Notes under the pieces: model-generated | The model's database searches: none | What the model saw: only the letters and a program-made list of their open reading frames with translations | What the model was told of the DNA's origin: nothing | Part shown: piece after piece, positions 60,002 to 64,000 of the stretch | Numbering within the stretch: the stretch's first letter is position 1 | Layout: each line of letters opens with the position of its first letter | NCBI GenBank assembly: GCA_018396775.1 | Contig: JAGTRF010000002.1 | Location: forward strand, 14,069-78,068 | Direction of reading: 5' to 3' | From: Candidatus Bathyarchaeota archaeon | Lineage (GTDB): Archaea > Thermoproteota > Bathyarchaeia > 40CM-2-53-6 > DTDX01 | Length of the DNA: 64,000 bases | Made by a program: the position numbers and the translations under genes

Positions 60002-60456
60002 ATTAAAACTCTCCGTTTTATATTATTAAATATCTTAAGTGACTTGAATAAAAAGATTATTTAAAGCTTCTCCATTAACCTTTTTACTTTCGAATGGCGA
60101 TAGAAGCTATAAAAACTAATCCAGCAAAAATGGCTTGTGTTAAATTCAATTCTTTTTAGCAAGCAATTATTAAAAAATTAGGCTAAATAATACGCTTTTA
60201 TTATAAGCGAAAAACCTTCAAATTTTGAGAGCTGTCGACTCGCTTTATAGTTTTATGAAGACCTTTATAATGAGTTATTGGTTTTAAGGTTAAAGTTAAC
60301 GCTTTTGAATTTTTATTTAAAAATATTTTTCTTTAAAAATTTATTTTTCAAATTTTTTACATTAAAATTTGTTTTTGAATAAATTTTTTGTAAAAATTAC
60401 AAAGTTAATTTGGAAATATTTATTAAAAAGAGAGTTTATTTAAAACAAGAGTTAAA

Positions 60457-61416
60457 TTGAAGAAAGCGTTGCTTAAACAACTAAACAATTTAACTTCATT
60501 ATGCAACTTAGAAAAAAAAGAGAAAAAGGCTATATTTAAAATTGAAACAGGAATCTTAAAGGTTATGGTTGATAAGCTTATTGAAAAAGGCTTCTATTGG
60601 TTTTTACCAGTTATATTAGCTAAATCAACCGATCCATTATGGCCTGATACTCAAGCAAGCATAGAAAAAAGAGTAGAGCTTGAAATTTATAATAAGAAAG
60701 TTAAAACTATGCAAAGCATGATAATTCATAAAAGAATTTTAGTTTCTTCAGGAATAGAAAAAATATTCGTTTTATCTCCCAATATTCGAATAGAGCGAAG
60801 AGAAAGAGCTGAAACTGGAAAACACTTATATGAATTTACTCAATTAGATATTGAAGCTGCTTACTGGAAAATGAAAGATATATTCAAGCTTTTTGAAGAG
60901 CTTATTAAAACATCGATAATTTATGTTAAAGAAAACTTTAATGAAGAGCTTAAAATGCTTAAAAGAGAAATTAAAACACCTGAAACTCCATTTAAAATCT
61001 TCAATAGAATAAAGCTTGAAGAAAAATATGGAGGAAACTGGGAATCCCTTATTTCTAAAACTTTAAAAAATCCAATATGGGTAACAAACATTCCAAGAGA
61101 GTTTTATGATTATGAAGATAAAAAAACTGGAGAATGGCGAAACTTCGATTTAATTTTACCAGAAGGCTATGGCGAAGTCATTTCCGGAGCTGAAAGAGAA
61201 TATGAGTATGAAAAACTCATTAAAAAAATAGATAAAGATGGATTAAATAAAAACGATTATAAAGTTTTATTAAGCTTCGCTAAAGAGGGAAAATTAAAAC
61301 CTTCAACAGGCGCTGGGCTTGGAGTTGAAAGATTCATAAGCTATGTTTGTGGAGTTAAGCATATCGCTGAGGTTCAACCATTTCCAAGAATACCAGGTTT
61401 TGTTTCAGAGTTATAA
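60457..61416 (+). CDS. Class II aaRS-like catalytic-core protein (AsnA/asparagine synthetase A-like or AsnRS paralog).
   Basis: Motif 3 GAGLGVERFISY and motif-2-like FRNFDL. 319 aa with no anticodon-binding domain. TTG start. Confidence 0.55.
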   Translation: MKKALLKQLNNLTSLCNLEKKEKKAIFKIETGILKVMVDKLIEKGFYWFLPVILAKSTDPLWPDTQASIEKRVELEIYNKKVKTMQSMIIHKRILVSSGIEKIFVLSPNIRIERRERAETGKHLYEFTQLDIEAAYWKMKDIFKLFEELIKTSIIYVKENFNEELKMLKREIKTPETPFKIFNRIKLEEKYGGNWESLISKTLKNPIWVTNIPREFYDYEDKKTGEWRNFDLILPEGYGEVISGAEREYEYEKLIKKIDKDGLNKNDYKVLLSFAKEGKLKPSTGAGLGVERFISYVCGVKHIAEVQPFPRIPGFVSEL

Positions 61417-61458
61417 AAATGACTAAAAACTTTTTAAAAAAGAAAAGAATTGAGATGT

Positions 61459-61947
61459 TTAAGGTTTACTCTTCTTCTTAAATATTGTTGTTAAAGCTAA
61501 CAAAACTGTTAAAGAAAGGAAAATAGCGATTACACCATTAAATTCTGAAACCACTATGCATGAAATTTGAGTTGTTGCATCAGAATAACCTTGTTTGCTT
61601 GCAGTTAAATGGATAACATATGTTCCTTCTTCAGCATCTGATGGAACCCTGAATTCATGAGTAAATGTTCCATCTTGATTTGAATAAGCTAACCCTAAAT
61701 GTAAAATTTCTCCAGAAGGCTTATTAACTTGAATAGATATTGAAGCGCTTGAAACAGGATTGTTAAATTCATCTTTAATTATGCCATTTATTCTAACATA
61801 TTCTCCAGCATTATAGGATTCTTCAGATACGTTAGCTGAAATTGAAAGCGCCTCAGCTGAATAGGCTTGATTAATGGTTGATGAAATAGTTAATAAAGCT
61901 AAAGCTAAGAAAATATGCGCTTTAAAAAGTGTTTCTTTGCAAAGCAT
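61459..61947 (-). CDS. Secreted protein with an Ig/CARDB-like domain and a C-terminal TM anchor plus basic tail (archaeosortase-type sorting-signal-like).
   Basis: N-terminal signal peptide. C-terminal GVIAIFLSLTVLLALTTIFKKKSKP. Confidence 0.5.
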   Translation of the reverse strand: MLCKETLFKAHIFLALALLTISSTINQAYSAEALSISANVSEESYNAGEYVRINGIIKDEFNNPVSSASISIQVNKPSGEILHLGLAYSNQDGTFTHEFRVPSDAEEGTYVIHLTASKQGYSDATTQISCIVVSEFNGVIAIFLSLTVLLALTTIFKKKSKP

Positions 61948-61971
61948 TTAAGCCCGCCTCTTCTTAACCGT

Positions 61972-63168
61972 TTAGTTAACCATAAATATAGCATCTATTG
62001 AAGCTAAAAATTTTCCTCCTTGAGAAATCAACTTATCAGATACAAAAGCTTTAGTTGAATATATACCTTTAACAGCGTTAGCTGGTATTATAAAACTGAA
62101 CCCCTCTGTTATAGTCTTGCCCTGTTCTAAATCTCCAACATGAAAATCGACTTTAATAGGTGTTCCATTTGGGTCATCTATCTCTAACCATACGTAAGCA
62201 TTATTTAAAATTTCTCCAGAATTCTCTACTGTAACCCATATGATTAATGATTCTCCTTGAGTAAATTCTGATTTAATCGCTTCGCCAGTTGAATCGGTTA
62301 TGTTAATGCTTACAAAATTTACACTTGGAAGGTTTGATTCTCCAACAATAAATGTCGCATGCGCATACCCATCTATGTAACCAAATTTACTTGCTGTAAC
62401 AAAAACTGTGTATGTTCCATTTATAAATATTGAGTACCCTAACTCGCCGATAGTAAAGTTGTCGAAGTATATGCCTGAAGAATCTGTTTCAATTAACGCT
62501 GAATGAACAACATTGCCTAATGGATTAACTATTTGAATTGAAACTTCAACTGCTTCTACAGGGTTTTTAAATCGATCTTGAACGCTTCCAGAGATTTTCA
62601 CCACATCATTTTGCGTATAAATCGCTTCATCTGTTTGCACATTTACAAGTAATATGTTTTCTCTAGTTGTTGTTTGAGTTGTTGAAGTTGAGGTTATCGC
62701 AGCTTCTGGAGGATTAATTATTAAGCCTACTTTCGCTTCTTCCTCTTTATCTCCGCTAACAGCTGTTATTGTTATTTCATATGCGCCTTCAGGTGTTTGA
62801 ATGGTTGTAATTATGGTTAGCTTCGAATGAAAGGGTGTTCTTCCTTTTTCAGGCGTAAATATGCCTATCGTATTTTCAGGGAGTCCTTCAACCGTTAATA
62901 TTACTATTCTCCTAAAGCGTGTTAACGATTCAACTTTAATGGAGAAGCTTGCCACTTCACCAGCTTTAATCGATTTATAAGATGGTTCTGCGCGTATAAG
63001 AATGGTAGCTTCATTATTGTTTGCTAATATTGGGGATAGCGTTAAGCTTAATAGAAATAGGCTTAAAAATATTGTTGCAAAAATTTTTTGGTTCAAGAGA
63101 TTTTTCACCTTAACCTTATTTTTTGCGTTTCTTCTATATAAATGTTTCTGTGTAGCACAAATAAACAT
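61972..63168 (-). CDS. Secreted or cell-surface protein with repeated Ig/CARDB-like domains.
   Basis: Signal peptide with TM. Internal domain (VEVSIQIVNPLGNVVHSAL) homologous to the domain of 61459..61947. Confidence 0.5.
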   Translation of the reverse strand: MFICATQKHLYRRNAKNKVKVKNLLNQKIFATIFLSLFLLSLTLSPILANNNEATILIRAEPSYKSIKAGEVASFSIKVESLTRFRRIVILTVEGLPENTIGIFTPEKGRTPFHSKLTIITTIQTPEGAYEITITAVSGDKEEEAKVGLIINPPEAAITSTSTTQTTTRENILLVNVQTDEAIYTQNDVVKISGSVQDRFKNPVEAVEVSIQIVNPLGNVVHSALIETDSSGIYFDNFTIGELGYSIFINGTYTVFVTASKFGYIDGYAHATFIVGESNLPSVNFVSINITDSTGEAIKSEFTQGESLIIWVTVENSGEILNNAYVWLEIDDPNGTPIKVDFHVGDLEQGKTITEGFSFIIPANAVKGIYSTKAFVSDKLISQGGKFLASIDAIFMVN

Positions 63169-63235
63169 TTATAGAAAAACTATTACGTAACCTCTACAAT
63201 ACATCATAATAAAAAACTTAAGCGAGAAGAAACCC

Positions 63236-63610
63236 TTGAAGGAAGAAGCAGAAACAAACTCTTTAGTTATAGAGCTTTTAAAAAAAATAAGCAAAAGCCT
63301 TGAAGAATTAAATGAAAAAATTGATAAATTAATTGAAAAAACCATGTTAACCGAGGTTAAACCTAAAAAAATCTCTATAGAAAACTTGCCATTAGATGCA
63401 GCAACTCTTCTTTCGCTTCCAGATCACCTTAGAAAAACTGCTATAGCAATATGCAGTTTAGGAGAAGCTACAGCAGAGGATGTAGCTGAAGAAACAAAAA
63501 GAGCTAGAGCTGTTGAAAGCGATTATTTAAATCAATTAGTAGCTTTAGGATATTTAAAGAAAAAAAGAATTGGAAAAAAAGTTTACTTCAGCATTGAGGA
63601 GAAAAAATAA
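63236..63610 (+). CDS. Winged-helix transcriptional regulator (TrmB/MarR-like).
   Basis: C-terminal ATAEDVAEETKRARAVESDYLNQLVALGYLKK recognition helix plus wing. The stop overlaps the next start (TAATG). Confidence 0.5.
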   Translation: MKEEAETNSLVIELLKKISKSLEELNEKIDKLIEKTMLTEVKPKKISIENLPLDAATLLSLPDHLRKTAIAICSLGEATAEDVAEETKRARAVESDYLNQLVALGYLKKKRIGKKVYFSIEEKK

Positions 63611-64000
63611 TGAAAACTATAGCTATTCACTCTTATAAAGGTGGAACTGGAAAAACTTCTATAGCTGTAAATTTAGCAGCTTTATCAGCTATTAAAGGAA
63701 GAAATGTTTGCATATTGGATTATGATTTTAGAGCTCCAAGTCTTCAAGTTGCTTTTAAAGAAAACCCAAGGTTTTGGTTAAACGATTTTCTGGAGGGAAA
63801 CATTAATTTTCAAGATGCGTTAATCGAGTTAACTCGTAAATATGATTTTAAAGGAAGGTTTTTAGTAGGCTTCGCTAATCCAAACTCTCAAGCTTTAAGA
63901 AACATGATGACGAAAGATAGAATATGGGAAATGAGGGCTTTGCATAAAACGCTTTCAGCTAAAAGAAGCTTAAACCAAGAAATGGGCGTCGAGCTTTTGA
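63610..64000 (+). CDS. ParA/MinD-family ATPase (partial; continues beyond the window).
   Basis: Deviant Walker A YKGGTGKTS at the N-terminus. The ORF is open to the window end. Confidence 0.65.
   Translation, partial: MKTIAIHSYKGGTGKTSIAVNLAALSAIKGRNVCILDYDFRAPSLQVAFKENPRFWLNDFLEGNINFQDALIELTRKYDFKGRFLVGFANPNSQALRNMMTKDRIWEMRALHKTLSAKRSLNQEMGVELL

Noticed and set aside
59975-60010. Tandem 17-nt repeat considered as a mini CRISPR or repeat array.
   Set aside because: Only two copies, no spacers, and it lies within the coding start of a gene.
1-64000. CRISPR arrays, rRNA genes, IS elements/transposases, integrases.
   Set aside because: No regularly spaced repeats and no transposase or integrase-like ORFs were seen. 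The only TA-like modules (HEPN/MNT, VapBC) lack flanking mobile-element signatures in this window.

Overview
This window looks like a chromosomal segment from an AT-rich archaeon. By eye G+C is roughly one third; I did not compute it. Archaeal marker genes are present: a thermosome subunit, RNA polymerase subunit Rpo6/RpoK, Alba, GatD/GatE, an Elp3 homolog, the archaeal-type phosphoglycerate mutase ApgM, an ATP-dependent DNA ligase, TatA, and the two-protein lipoyl synthase (LipS1/LipS2) flanked by a split LplA. Genes are densely packed on both strands. Many have a GGAGG-like Shine-Dalgarno, and TTG or GTG starts are frequent. I saw no CRISPR array, rRNA, transposase or obvious integrated element.

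Main content, in order:
(1) Three radical-SAM genes in a row (B12-binding type, SPASM type, Cys-rich N-terminus type) converge on a GT-B glycosyltransferase.
(2) A 917-aa protein with two AAA+ modules and a C-terminal Lon-type protease domain is translationally coupled to a small 3-TM membrane protein.
(3) A nearly complete his operon (hisZ/S-like, G, C, a HAD hydrolase, B, H, A, F, then IE) carries a HEPN/MNT toxin-antitoxin pair inserted between hisF and hisIE, and an AbrB-ACT regulator sits divergently upstream.
(4) A module is present twice: a choline/aminoglycoside-kinase-like phosphotransferase, an APC-family permease, a calcineurin-like metallophosphoesterase, and a corrinoid-dependent methylamine-type methyltransferase. 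Copy 1 has a non-pyrrolysine MttB-family enzyme. Copy 2 has two non-pyrrolysine MtmB-family paralogs flanking a B12-binding corrinoid protein, followed by a fused Fae-Hps and an MFS transporter. I consider this duplicated module, which has no in-frame amber codons, the most interesting candidate for an undescribed substrate-specific methyl-transfer and uptake system.
(5) An atypical, roughly 137-nt tRNA gene, apparently intron-containing, lies next to a VapBC pair.

All functional calls rest on motifs I recognised in the translated ORFs. No database search was run.
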